A stretch of DNA of 64,000 nucleotides from Segatella copri (GTDB taxonomy: Bacteria; Bacteroidota; Bacteroidia; Bacteroidales; Bacteroidaceae), in contig JAJWFY010000009.1 in the NCBI GenBank assembly GCA_021615735.1, positions 21,527 through 85,526 on the forward strand, read 5' to 3'. Both the position numbers and the translations under genes were made by a program. This document shows positions 1 through 8,621 of this stretch, piece by piece. Within the stretch, counting starts at the first letter, position 1, and each line of letters opens with the position of its first letter. The notes under the pieces were generated by a model, which saw only the letters and a program-made list of their open reading frames with translations, did no database searches and had not been told where the DNA came from.

Positions 1-1632
1 GAAATCCAGCTTGTTCTGCATTCTCATGCACATACTGAACCATGTTGCTTCCACCTGCTCCTGGGTGAACTCGTTCTGGTCGCCCGTGATGGTCGCTTTT
101 TCCTCATTGGTATCATCATACGGACTGTGCAGGCGGCGCTGGTTCTCCTCCCTCTTCTTCAGGTTAGAGAAAGTCATGCCTATGCCGCCCAGCTTGATAT
201 TCTTGAGTCGTGGCTTGTGAGGCGATGCAGCATCAACTGCTCCGGCAGAGGCAGAATCTTCTGAAGATGCAGATGCGGCTGCGGTGGCAGATGCAGAATA
301 AGATGCAGAATAAGATGCAGCATTGGAAGCTGCAGAAGCGGCTGCCGGTGCCCCTGAAGAAGGCACAGCAGTAGCTGTAGCAGCAGACGCTTCCGGCTGT
401 GAAGACCGGTTTTCGCTGCTGCCAGAAGGCTCAGAACCTGCACCCTGAGAGGCAAGCTTAGACTGAGCCAGGAGTTTCTGAAACAGGGATTTTAATCTAT
501 TGGGCGTACGCCCCGCACTAGGCACATCCTGATCCTCAGGCTGCGTAATCTGGCCTATCTGTATCAGGGTGAGCTCTACCAGTAATCGCTTGTTGCTGCT
601 GGCGCGGTAATGGATATCGCACTGGTTCATCAGTTCCAGCGCCTTATATAAGAAAGGTGTAGGCGCTTTCTGAGCCTGAGCCTGGAACTTGGCTTTCTGG
701 TCGTCGCTGGTTTCGAGCAGAGGCAGGGTCTGAGGGTCCTTCGCCATCATCACGTTGCGCACGTGCTGGGCAAGTCCCTGAATCATGTTGCCGCCATCGA
801 AACCGCGGCTCAGAATGCCGTCGAGCGTTACCATCATCTCGGGCACCTTATTCTCCAGAGCCAGGTCTACCAGACGGAAATAGTTGTCGCTGTCGAGCAC
901 GTTCAGGTCCTCGATAACTTTCTGGTAAGTGATGTTGCCCATGCAGAAGCTGGCAGCCTGGTCGAAGATGGAGAGGGCATCGCGCATACCTCCGTCAGCC
1001 TTTTCGGCTATCACGGCGAGCGCCTGCTCTTCATATTTGATGCCTTCCTTCTCGGCTACCATCTTCAGGTGATTGATGGTGTTGGCTACCGTCATTCGCT
1101 CGAAGTCGTAAATCTGGCATCGGCTCAGGATGGTAGGCAGAATCTTATGCTTCTCGGTAGTGGCGAGGATGAAGATGACATGCTGAGGCGGCTCTTCCAG
1201 CGTCTTGAGAAAAGCATTGAAGGCGGCTGTAGAGAGCATGTGCACCTCGTCGATGATAAACACCTTATACTTGCCCACCTGAGGCGGGATGCGGGTCTGC
1301 TCCATCAGAACCTTGATCTGGTCAACACCGTTGTTGCTGGCAGCATCCAGCTCGAAGATGTTGTAGGAACGCTGCTCATTGAAGGCGCGGCAGCTCTCAC
1401 ACTCGTTGCATGCCTCGCCGTCTTCGCGAGGGTGCTCACAGTTGATTGCCTTCGCAAAAATGCGGGCACAAGTGGTTTTGCCCACACCTCTCGGACCGCA
1501 GAAAAGATAGGCGTGCGCCAGCTTGCCGCTCTTCACTGCATTCTTCAAAGTGGTGGTCAATGCACTCTGTCCGACAACCGAATCGAAGGTCATCGGACGG
1601 TACTTTCTTGCAGAAACTATATACTCTTCCAT
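1..1632 (-). CDS. dnaX: DNA polymerase III subunit gamma/tau (N-terminal ~544 codons; 3' end runs off the window)
   Basis: The minus-strand ATG is at 1632-1630. The translation starts MEEYIVSARKYRPMTFDSVVGQSALTTTLKNAVKSGKLAHAYLFCGPRGVGKTTCARIFAKAINCEHPREDGEACNECESCRAF, showing the clamp-loader Walker A and the Zn module. The frame stays open to position 1, so it is absent from the ORF track. The listed 763..1704 + ORF is its antisense shadow. Confidence 0.93.
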   Translation of the reverse strand, partial: MEEYIVSARKYRPMTFDSVVGQSALTTTLKNAVKSGKLAHAYLFCGPRGVGKTTCARIFAKAINCEHPREDGEACNECESCRAFNEQRSYNIFELDAASNNGVDQIKVLMEQTRIPPQVGKYKVFIIDEVHMLSTAAFNAFLKTLEEPPQHVIFILATTEKHKILPTILSRCQIYDFERMTVANTINHLKMVAEKEGIKYEEQALAVIAEKADGGMRDALSIFDQAASFCMGNITYQKVIEDLNVLDSDNYFRLVDLALENKVPEMMVTLDGILSRGFDGGNMIQGLAQHVRNVMMAKDPQTLPLLETSDDQKAKFQAQAQKAPTPFLYKALELMNQCDIHYRASSNKRLLVELTLIQIGQITQPEDQDVPSAGRTPNRLKSLFQKLLAQSKLASQGAGSEPSGSSENRSSQPEASAATATAVPSSGAPAAASAASNAASYSASYSASATAAASASSEDSASAGAVDAASPHKPRLKNIKLGGIGMTFSNLKKREENQRRLHSPYDDTNEEKATITGDQNEFTQEQVEATWFSMCMRMQNKLDF

Positions 1633-1654
1633 TATTTTTTCTTAATTGATGATG

Positions 1655-1662
1655 CAAAGATA
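1655..1662 (-). promoter_or_regulatory. -7 box for dnaX
   Basis: TATCTTTG on the minus strand (TAnnTTTG), 23 nt before the ATG. It is divergent with the box at 1675-1682 inside the near-palindrome gcaaagataac..ttatctttgc. Confidence 0.6.
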
Positions 1663-1674
1663 ACAAAAAAATAT

Positions 1675-1682
1675 TATCTTTG
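1675..1682 (+). promoter_or_regulatory. -7 box for the ftsB-like gene
   Basis: TATCTTTG, 19 nt before the ATG at 1701. Confidence 0.6.
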
Positions 1683-1700
1683 CAAACAAATTCGGAAGAA

Positions 1701-2048
1701 ATGAGTAAAAAACTTGGTATTATATGGAATTATCTCGCTCATTATAAGTATCTTATAGTGATTGTAGCGGGTGTTCTGGTAGTTGGTGTAGTTGACGACA
1801 ACAGTGTAAGACAGCACATTAAGTACCAGATAGAGATAGCTACGCTCCGTTCGGAGATAGAAAAGTATCGTGAGCAGTATGAAAACGACAAGCATACCCT
1901 GCGCGATATGCAGCATGGTGCGCGGGCATTTGAGAAGATAGCCCGCCAGCGTTATTTCATGAAGGCTGATGATGAAGACATCTTTGTATTGAGTTCGGAT
2001 ATTCCGGAAAAAACTAACGAACAAGACGAAAATGAAACAATTGAGTAA
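1701..2048 (+). CDS. FtsB/DivIC-like septum formation initiator (single TM plus coiled coil)
   Basis: MSKKLGIIWNYLAHYKYLIVIVAGVLVVGVV is followed by a coiled-coil stretch, IEIATLRSEIEKYREQYE..ARQRYFMKADDEDIFVL. I chose the ATG at 1701, 19 nt after a -7 box, rather than the ORF-track start at 1680. Confidence 0.7.
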   Translation: MSKKLGIIWNYLAHYKYLIVIVAGVLVVGVVDDNSVRQHIKYQIEIATLRSEIEKYREQYENDKHTLRDMQHGARAFEKIARQRYFMKADDEDIFVLSSDIPEKTNEQDENETIE

Positions 2049-2457
2049 ACTGGAAAGTGCTATTTTCTTGCTGGGCGGCGTGCTGATGGTTGTCGGTGCG
2101 GCTTGCTTCGCATTTGGTTTTTCACATCCGCAGCTGGTGCAGATAACGAGCTGGGGGTTCCTGCTGGGCACCATACTCTTCAGCGTGATGCAGGCGATGC
2201 AGTTCTATGAGGGACCTTCGCTGGTAATCCACCGCCTGAAGCGCATGCAGTATGTAGCAGACATCTTCTTCGTGCTCTCAGGCATCTCGATGGTAGATAC
2301 GGTGTATGCTTTCCTGCGCCGCTGGTTTGAGAATTATGAGACCTATATCACCTATTTCTATAATAAGTGGGTAGTCTTCCTCCTCATCGCAGCCCTGCTG
2401 GAACTGTATACCACGCATCGCATCTCTCATGAACTGAAGAAGGAAAACAATCAGTAA
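2032..2457 (+). CDS. Small integral membrane protein, function unknown
   Basis: 141 aa with about 4 hydrophobic helices. It overlaps the preceding gene by 17 nt, which suggests translational coupling. I recognise no motif. Confidence 0.6.
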   Translation: MKQLSKLESAIFLLGGVLMVVGAACFAFGFSHPQLVQITSWGFLLGTILFSVMQAMQFYEGPSLVIHRLKRMQYVADIFFVLSGISMVDTVYAFLRRWFENYETYITYFYNKWVVFLLIAALLELYTTHRISHELKKENNQ

Positions 2458-2573
2458 TATAGAAAGGACGAGAAAAAAGCTTTCGGTGGCCAACAGGAGT
2501 GCAAACAAAACATAAATCTTGTAAGAATGAATTAAATTGCTGCAATTTATTTCGTCAGTTCAAATTAAGATTG

Positions 2574-2581
2574 TACTTTTG
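2574..2581 (+). promoter_or_regulatory. -7 box for the DUF4369-like gene
   Basis: TACTTTTG, 27 nt before the ATG at 2608. Confidence 0.55.
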
Positions 2582-2607
2582 TTCACCGAAAGTGATATAG
2601 ATAGCTT

Positions 2608-3432
2608 ATGAATAGAATATTTTACGCATTCATTGCCTTGATGGCACTTGCATCTTGTGCCAACAGTTACGATATCTCGGGTACTTCTAACGTAAGTACT
2701 CTGGACGGACGCATGCTGTACCTTAAGATACTGGAAAACAACGATTTCAAGAACGTGGATTCTTGCGATGTAGTGCACGGACAGTTCCATTTTCAGGGTT
2801 CTGTCGACTCTATGAAGATGGCGAATATCTTCATGGATGATGACCCTGTGCTGCCGCTGGTGCTGGAGAGTGGAAGCATTACGGTGAAGCTCGATGATAC
2901 ACAGCAGGTGGTAAGCGGTACTCCTATGAACGATAAACTCTTCGGATTCTTCAAGAAATACCAGCAGATTCAGAATCAGTTGCGCGAACTGGTACACAAG
3001 CACGACCAGGCTATCATGAACGGTAGCGATATGGTGGCTGTCAACAAGCATCTGAACGAGGAATCCATCCGCCTCTCTGAGCAGGAAGACAAGCTCATCA
3101 CTTCGTTTGTTACCGACAACTTCAACAATGTGCTGGGACCGGGCGTCTTCTTCCTCGTTACAATGGGCAACCAGTATCCGATGCTCTCTCCTTGGATTGA
3201 GGATATCATGAGCAAGGCTACCGACTATTTCAAGAATGATCCTTATGTAAAGGACTATTATAAGAAAGCTCAAGAGAATCAGGAAATTATGAACGGTACC
3301 CGAGATGCGCAGAGCGGCATGCAGCCAGAGATGGAAGCGGCTCCACAGGTAAATCCTGATGCGGCTCCGGCACCTACAGCCAACGAACTGGCTGCGCCTA
3401 CGATTCCTCAAAAACAGGAAGGTCAGGAGTAG
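2608..3432 (+). CDS. Lipoprotein, DUF4369-like N-terminal domain
   Basis: The lipobox is ALMALASC. LDGRMLYLKILENNDFKNVDSCDVVHGQFHFQG resembles the DUF4369 beta-sandwich found in front of thioredoxin-like proteins. The antisense ORF 2560..3411 is a shadow. Confidence 0.65.
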   Translation: MNRIFYAFIALMALASCANSYDISGTSNVSTLDGRMLYLKILENNDFKNVDSCDVVHGQFHFQGSVDSMKMANIFMDDDPVLPLVLESGSITVKLDDTQQVVSGTPMNDKLFGFFKKYQQIQNQLRELVHKHDQAIMNGSDMVAVNKHLNEESIRLSEQEDKLITSFVTDNFNNVLGPGVFFLVTMGNQYPMLSPWIEDIMSKATDYFKNDPYVKDYYKKAQENQEIMNGTRDAQSGMQPEMEAAPQVNPDAAPAPTANELAAPTIPQKQEGQE

Positions 3433-3501
3433 AAACAGGGCTCTTTCAGGGTCTTGGGCATTAACATCTTGTAAAACTCTTCATTTTATAAGTTTAGTAA
3501 T

Positions 3502-4836
3502 ATGAAATTAATCAAGAATGGAACCATTATAAATGAGGGTCGCTCTTTTGTGGGCGACCTGTTGTTGGATGGTGAATTTATCAAGGAGATATATGAAGGC
3601 GAGGCACCCCGTGGCAATTACGATGAAGTCATCGATGCCTCGGGGTGTTTTGTTTTGCCGGGTGTGATTGATGATCATGTTCACTTCCGTGAGCCGGGAC
3701 TTACGCAGAAGGCTGACATCGAGAGCGAAAGCCGCGCTGCTGCCTTTGGTGGTGTGACCAGTTATTTTGAGATGCCTAACACGGTACCTCAGACTACCAC
3801 TCTGGAGGCCTGGCAGGCAAAGCGGCAGCTGGGCGCTGAGAAGAGTCATGTGAACTACGGCTTCTTCTTTGGTGCTACCAATGATAATGTAAATGATTTT
3901 GAGCAGCTCGATACGCATCGTGTTCCGGGAATCAAGCTCTTTATGGGCTCCAGTACGGGCAATATGCTGGTGGATAAATATGAGGCGCTGCAGGCTATCT
4001 TCAAGAAGGCGAAAGAGCTGGATTTGCCGGTGATGACCCACTGTGAGGATACCGAAATCATCAACCGCAACATGCAGCTGGCTAAGCAGAAATGGGGTGA
4101 GGATCCTGCCGTAGAACATCATCCGGAAATACGCAGTGAGGAGGCTTGCTATGAAAGCAGCCGTCTGGCGGTGCAGCTGGCTAAGGAAAGCGGTGCGCAT
4201 CTCCATATCGCTCACGTTACTACAGCTAAGGAGCTGGAGTTCTTTGGTAAGGATAAGAATATTACAGGCGAGGCTGTTGTGGCTCATCTCATGTTCTCGG
4301 ATAAAGATTACGCTGTGAAGGGCGCACGCATCAAATGCAACCCTGCAGTAAAGACCGTTGCTGACCGCGATGCTTTGCGTAAGGCGCTGAGTAATGGTAA
4401 GATAACTGTAGTAGGTACCGATCATGCTCCTCATCAGTTGAAGGATAAACTGGGCGGTTGTGCCAAGGCTGCATCAGGTATGCCAATGGTACAGTTCTCG
4501 CTGGTAAGCATGCTGAAACTTGTTGACGAAAAGGTAATCAGTATCGAGCGTCTGGTTGAACTGATGTGCCATAATCCAGCCCGTCTGTTCCATATCAGTC
4601 AGCGCGGCTTCCTGCGTCCGGGTTATAAGGCAGATGTCGTTGTGGTGCGCAAGGGAGAGCCTTGGAAGGTGACCGAAGAGGTGATTCAGAGCAAGTGTAA
4701 ATGGAGCCCTGTAGAGGGTGACGAGTTTGCATGGAAAGTGGAACAGACTTTCTGTAACGGTCGTCTGATCTACGACAAAGGCGTGTTTGATGCCGCTTGC
4801 AGAGGAGAGGAACTGGAGTTCAGAAACAATTCCTGA
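3502..4836 (+). CDS. pyrC: Dihydroorotase (amidohydrolase superfamily)
   Basis: VLPGVIDDHVHFREPGLTQKADIESESRAAAFGGVTSYFEMPNT is the HxH metal motif in typical dihydroorotase/allantoinase context. GTDHAPH follows late in the protein. Confidence 0.85.
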   Translation: MKLIKNGTIINEGRSFVGDLLLDGEFIKEIYEGEAPRGNYDEVIDASGCFVLPGVIDDHVHFREPGLTQKADIESESRAAAFGGVTSYFEMPNTVPQTTTLEAWQAKRQLGAEKSHVNYGFFFGATNDNVNDFEQLDTHRVPGIKLFMGSSTGNMLVDKYEALQAIFKKAKELDLPVMTHCEDTEIINRNMQLAKQKWGEDPAVEHHPEIRSEEACYESSRLAVQLAKESGAHLHIAHVTTAKELEFFGKDKNITGEAVVAHLMFSDKDYAVKGARIKCNPAVKTVADRDALRKALSNGKITVVGTDHAPHQLKDKLGGCAKAASGMPMVQFSLVSMLKLVDEKVISIERLVELMCHNPARLFHISQRGFLRPGYKADVVVVRKGEPWKVTEEVIQSKCKWSPVEGDEFAWKVEQTFCNGRLIYDKGVFDAACRGEELEFRNNS

Positions 4837-4882
4837 AAAGAGGGAAATCTTACGGGAATTGTAAAATAAAATATCGTATCGG

Positions 4883-5704
4883 ATGCGAAAAATAGTATAC
4901 AATATAAGCGAAATTGAGCCATATATCAACTGGCTATATTTCTATCATGCCTGGGGATTGAGCGGCAAACCTCGAGAGGAAAAGGAAAAAATGAAGGCTG
5001 AGGCGCTCGATATGCTCCATTCATGGGAAGGCGAATATCATACCTATGCCGTCTTCGGACTCTTCGAGGCGAACAGCGAGGGGGATGATATCTGGCTGGA
5101 AGGGCAGAAAGTCCGCTTCCCGATGCTCCGACAGCAGCATCCGGCGGCTCAGGGAGAACCCAATCTCTGTCTGGCTGATTTCATCCGTCCTTTGGGCAGC
5201 GGAATAACAGACCGGCTGGGTATCTTCTGCACGACGGTAGATGGCGGTCTGGAGAAGAAATATCGCTCGGACGACTACCTCAATATGATGGCACAGACAC
5301 TCTGCGACCGGTTGGCTGAAGCCACGGCAGAGAAGTTGCACGAAGAGGTGAGACGCAGCATCTGGGGCTATGCTCCCGGCGAGCAGCTGAGCATCGAAGA
5401 CCAGCATCTGGAGCGCTATCAGGGCATCCGTCCGGCTATAGGATATCCTTCGCTGCCCGATACCAGTGCCAACTTCATCATCGACCAGCTCATCGATATG
5501 AGTCAGGTGGGCATTCGGCTCACCACAAGCGGAATGATGACGCCTCATGCCAGTGTCTCGGGGCTGATGTTTGCACATCCCAAGTCGCGGTATTTCGAAC
5601 TGGGACGGATAGGAGACGACCAGCTTCGCGACTATGCACAGCGCAGAGGAGTGCCCGTGCAGGCAATGAAAACGTATCTTCAATCAAGTTTGATCAAGAA
5701 ATGA
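4883..5704 (+). CDS. Stand-alone B12-dependent methionine synthase activation (AdoMet-binding) domain protein
   Basis: 273 aa. The motifs LCLADFI, GIFCTT and YQGIRPAIGYPSLPDTS..MTPHASVSGLMFAHPKSRYF match the C-terminal reactivation module of MetH. No Hcy, folate or B12 modules are attached. Confidence 0.8.
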   Translation: MRKIVYNISEIEPYINWLYFYHAWGLSGKPREEKEKMKAEALDMLHSWEGEYHTYAVFGLFEANSEGDDIWLEGQKVRFPMLRQQHPAAQGEPNLCLADFIRPLGSGITDRLGIFCTTVDGGLEKKYRSDDYLNMMAQTLCDRLAEATAEKLHEEVRRSIWGYAPGEQLSIEDQHLERYQGIRPAIGYPSLPDTSANFIIDQLIDMSQVGIRLTTSGMMTPHASVSGLMFAHPKSRYFELGRIGDDQLRDYAQRRGVPVQAMKTYLQSSLIKK

Positions 5705-6918
5705 TAGCAAGAATATTGATACCCGTAGTGGTATTCACCCTGTTGCCGTATCTGTGGATATATAAAAGGTATGGCAAGTTACGGCTGAAGAGTCTCTGGC
5801 AGCGGGTGCTCTTCTGGTTGCCGGCTTTCGTGGTTATCGCCTACAGCGCGTATATCACGATACTGCCCAACTTCCTGCCACGCAATCCGGTGCTCATCGA
5901 CATCTGGTTTGTGATGATGGCAGTATGTGCGGTTCCGCAGTTTGTCTTCAGCCTGTTCAGTCTCTTCGGTTGGTGCTGTATGCGGCTCCTTCACGGACAT
6001 CGCAACTGGGGCAAGCTCCTCGGACTGGTAGTGGGAGCGGTGGCGTTCATCTGCTTTATCTACGGATTTACCGAAGGATTTCCTAAGATGCAGGTCAAGC
6101 GTATCACCATCTATGTACCCAATCTGCCGAAGTCTTTCGAGGGCTATCGCATCGTTCAGTTCAGCGATATCCATCTCGGGTCATACTATGGCTGGCGTGG
6201 TCATCTGCCTCAGCGCGATATCGACAGCATCAATGCCGAAAAACCTGATCTGATTTGCTTTACGGGTGATTTACAGAATGTTACGCCCGATGAACTGCCT
6301 GAGTATCAGGCGCTGCTCAGCAGTCTGAAAGCCAGAGACGGCGTGATGAGTGTGCTGGGCAATCACGATTACACCTATTATATGGATGTAGATGACGAGC
6401 AGGAGATAGCTGCATTAGAGAAGCGGATGCAGGACTTCCAGCGGAGTTGCGGATGGCATCTGCTGATGAATGAACATGTGGCGGTGCATAGAGGCGCTGA
6501 CAGCATCTATGTAGCTGGTACAGAGAACTATGACAAGCCCAAGCGAACCAACGTAAAGAAGGCGCTGTATGGCATCAGACCGGGCTCTTTCGTGCTGATG
6601 CTGCAGCATATTCCGAAGCAATGGCGCGAGACCTGGCCTTCTACTATTAATAAGGAGAAGGATGAGGATGGCGATGTGATAGGACCTGACAGGAAGGATT
6701 CGCTGGTCGTAGCACCGCAGCTTACGCTGAGCGGTCATACGCATGCGGGTCAGATCAGTATCCTGGGCTTGCGTCCGTCGATGTTTACTCCTTATGATTA
6801 CGGTCTCTTCGAGGAGGAGGGTTGCCAGCTCTATACCACATCGGGTCTGGGCGGTACCGTTCCAATCCGCATAGGGGCTACGGCAGAAATCGTGGTCATC
6901 ACACTCAAAAGAAAATGA
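5701..6918 (+). CDS. Membrane-anchored metallophosphoesterase
   Basis: The N-terminus has about 4 TM helices. The calcineurin-like motifs follow: FSDIHLG, TGDL, GNHDY and SGHTHAGQ. An ATGA start/stop overlap links it to the upstream gene. Confidence 0.85.
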   Translation: MIARILIPVVVFTLLPYLWIYKRYGKLRLKSLWQRVLFWLPAFVVIAYSAYITILPNFLPRNPVLIDIWFVMMAVCAVPQFVFSLFSLFGWCCMRLLHGHRNWGKLLGLVVGAVAFICFIYGFTEGFPKMQVKRITIYVPNLPKSFEGYRIVQFSDIHLGSYYGWRGHLPQRDIDSINAEKPDLICFTGDLQNVTPDELPEYQALLSSLKARDGVMSVLGNHDYTYYMDVDDEQEIAALEKRMQDFQRSCGWHLLMNEHVAVHRGADSIYVAGTENYDKPKRTNVKKALYGIRPGSFVLMLQHIPKQWRETWPSTINKEKDEDGDVIGPDRKDSLVVAPQLTLSGHTHAGQISILGLRPSMFTPYDYGLFEEEGCQLYTTSGLGGTVPIRIGATAEIVVITLKRK

Positions 6919-6920
6919 GG

Positions 6921-6956
6921 AGTGTTGAGTGTTGAATGTTAAATGTTGAGTGTTAA
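6921..6956 (+). repeat. Heptad array AGTGTTG/AATGTTA x5
   Basis: It begins 2 nt after the stop codon at 6916-6918. TGA/TAA triplets occur at 6926, 6933, 6940, 6947 and 6954, covering all three frames. Confidence 0.85.
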
Positions 6957-6978
6957 ATTATTCATTCTTAAATAAAAA

Positions 6979-7737
6979 ATGAAGTACTTATATCGTCTGT
7001 ATCAACTTGTTATATGCTTGCCTATCCTGTTGGTAGCTAGCGTTTTAACCAGTTTAACTACTGTTTTGGGATGTATGCTGGGCAATGGCCATTTCTGGGG
7101 CTATTATCCCGGCAAGTATTGGGCTTGGCTTTGGGTCCGCATCCTCCTCCTGCCTGTAAAGGTGGAGGGACGTGAGCATCTCAAGAAGAACCAGAGTTAT
7201 GTTTTCGTGGCCAATCATCAGGGCGCTTTCGATATCTTCCTGATATACGGTTTTCTGGGCAGAAACTTCAAGTGGATGATGAAGAAGGGCTTGCGCAAAG
7301 TGCCTCTCATCGGTATCGCCTGTGAGTATGCGCACCACATCTTTGTAGACAAGAGCGGACCTTCTAAGATCCGTGCTTCTTATGACCGTGCTCGCGAGGT
7401 GCTTAAAGAGGGCATGTCGCTGGTGGTATTCCCAGAGGGTGCCCGTTCGTTTACGGGGCACATGGGTGTGTTCCGCCGCGGTGCTTTCATGCTTGCCGAT
7501 GAACTGCAGTTGCCGGTATGTCCGCTTACCATCAATGGCAGTTTTGATGTGAAGCCTCGCATGAAGGACATCTACTGGGCTTTCTGGCATCCTCTGAAGC
7601 TCACCATTCATGAGCCTATCGAGCCGATAGGCAAGGGAGCTGACAATATCAAGAACCAGATGAACAAGAGCTATGAGGCGATTATGAACGGGCTTGACAA
7701 GAAATATCAGGGTTTTGTAGAGAATCCGGACCAATAA
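6979..7737 (+). CDS. plsC: 1-acyl-sn-glycerol-3-phosphate acyltransferase
   Basis: The acyltransferase motifs are present: VANHQGAFDIF (HX4D) and VVFPEGARS. Confidence 0.85.
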   Translation: MKYLYRLYQLVICLPILLVASVLTSLTTVLGCMLGNGHFWGYYPGKYWAWLWVRILLLPVKVEGREHLKKNQSYVFVANHQGAFDIFLIYGFLGRNFKWMMKKGLRKVPLIGIACEYAHHIFVDKSGPSKIRASYDRAREVLKEGMSLVVFPEGARSFTGHMGVFRRGAFMLADELQLPVCPLTINGSFDVKPRMKDIYWAFWHPLKLTIHEPIEPIGKGADNIKNQMNKSYEAIMNGLDKKYQGFVENPDQ

Positions 7738-7773
7738 TTTCAGTTTTTTGCTTGTTATTTCAAAAATAAGTTG

Positions 7774-7781
7774 TAATTTTG
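7774..7781 (+). promoter_or_regulatory. -7 box for the GT2 gene
   Basis: TAATTTTG, 51 nt before the ATG at 7832. Confidence 0.55.
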
Positions 7782-7831
7782 CATCTGTATTACATTATAT
7801 AGAATCAGAATCATTAAAATTATAAGAAGTT

Positions 7832-8572
7832 ATGAGTGATAGCATAGTAATCATTCCTACATATAATGAGAAGGAAAACATCGAGAAAATCATCCGTGCT
7901 GTCTTCGGTCTCGAAAAGCAGTTTGATATCCTCGTTATCGATGACGGAAGTCCTGATGGTACTGCTGCCATTGTTAAGGGCTTGATGGCTAATGAGTTTG
8001 CCGGTCGTCTGCATATCCTGGAGCGTTCGGGTAAACTCGGTTTGGGTACAGCCTATATCATGGGCTTCAAATGGTCATTGAAGCAGGGCTATGACTTCAT
8101 CTTCGAGATGGATGCCGACTTCAGTCATGATCCTAATGATTTGCCTCGTCTCTATGCGGCAACTCACGATGAGGGCTATGATGTGGCTGTAGGCTCAAGA
8201 TATATTTCGGGTGTTAACGTGGTCAACTGGCCTATCGGACGCGTATTGATGAGCTATTTCGCTTCTAAATACGTACGTATCGTAACCGGATTTAAGGTGA
8301 ATGATACCACAGCTGGATTCGTCTGCTACCGACGTAAGGTATTGGAAACCATAGATTTGGATGCTATCCGCTTCAAGGGCTATGCTTTCCAGATAGAGAT
8401 GAAATATACGGCTCATCGAATAGGTTTCAAGATCAAGGAGGTGCCTGTCATCTTTGTTAACCGTCGTGAAGGTGTGAGCAAGATGAGTGGTGGCATCTTT
8501 GGTGAGGCTTTCTTTGGCGTGATGCGACTGCGCCTGGATGGCTGGTTCAAGAAATATCCGAAGAAGGATTAA
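7832..8572 (+). CDS. GT2 polyprenol-phosphate mannosyl/glycosyl-transferase
   Basis: IVIIPTYNEKENI..LVIDDGSPDGT..EMDADFSHDP is the typical dolichyl/polyprenyl-phosphate mannose synthase pattern. Confidence 0.8.
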   Translation: MSDSIVIIPTYNEKENIEKIIRAVFGLEKQFDILVIDDGSPDGTAAIVKGLMANEFAGRLHILERSGKLGLGTAYIMGFKWSLKQGYDFIFEMDADFSHDPNDLPRLYAATHDEGYDVAVGSRYISGVNVVNWPIGRVLMSYFASKYVRIVTGFKVNDTTAGFVCYRRKVLETIDLDAIRFKGYAFQIEMKYTAHRIGFKIKEVPVIFVNRREGVSKMSGGIFGEAFFGVMRLRLDGWFKKYPKKD

Positions 8573-8621
8573 TACTCTGTAATCACTACTCAGTAATCAG
8601 TAATCACTAATCAGTACTTGG
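8573..8621 (+). repeat. Heptad array TAATCAC/TAATCAG/TACTCAG x7
   Basis: Exactly 49 nt (7x7) fill the whole gap between the GT2 stop (8572) and the mfd ATG (8622). Confidence 0.85.

Noticed and set aside
763-1704. A 313-aa + strand ORF overlapping the dnaX region.
   Set aside because: It is an antisense shadow of dnaX. The minus frame gives an unmistakable clamp-loader sequence, while the + frame is L/V/H-rich with no motif. The same reasoning applies to 9900..11750(-), 16593..17738(+), 18261..18971(+), 32748..34025(+), 40763..41806(+), 56399..57376(-), 62260..63180(-) and 63241..63777(-).
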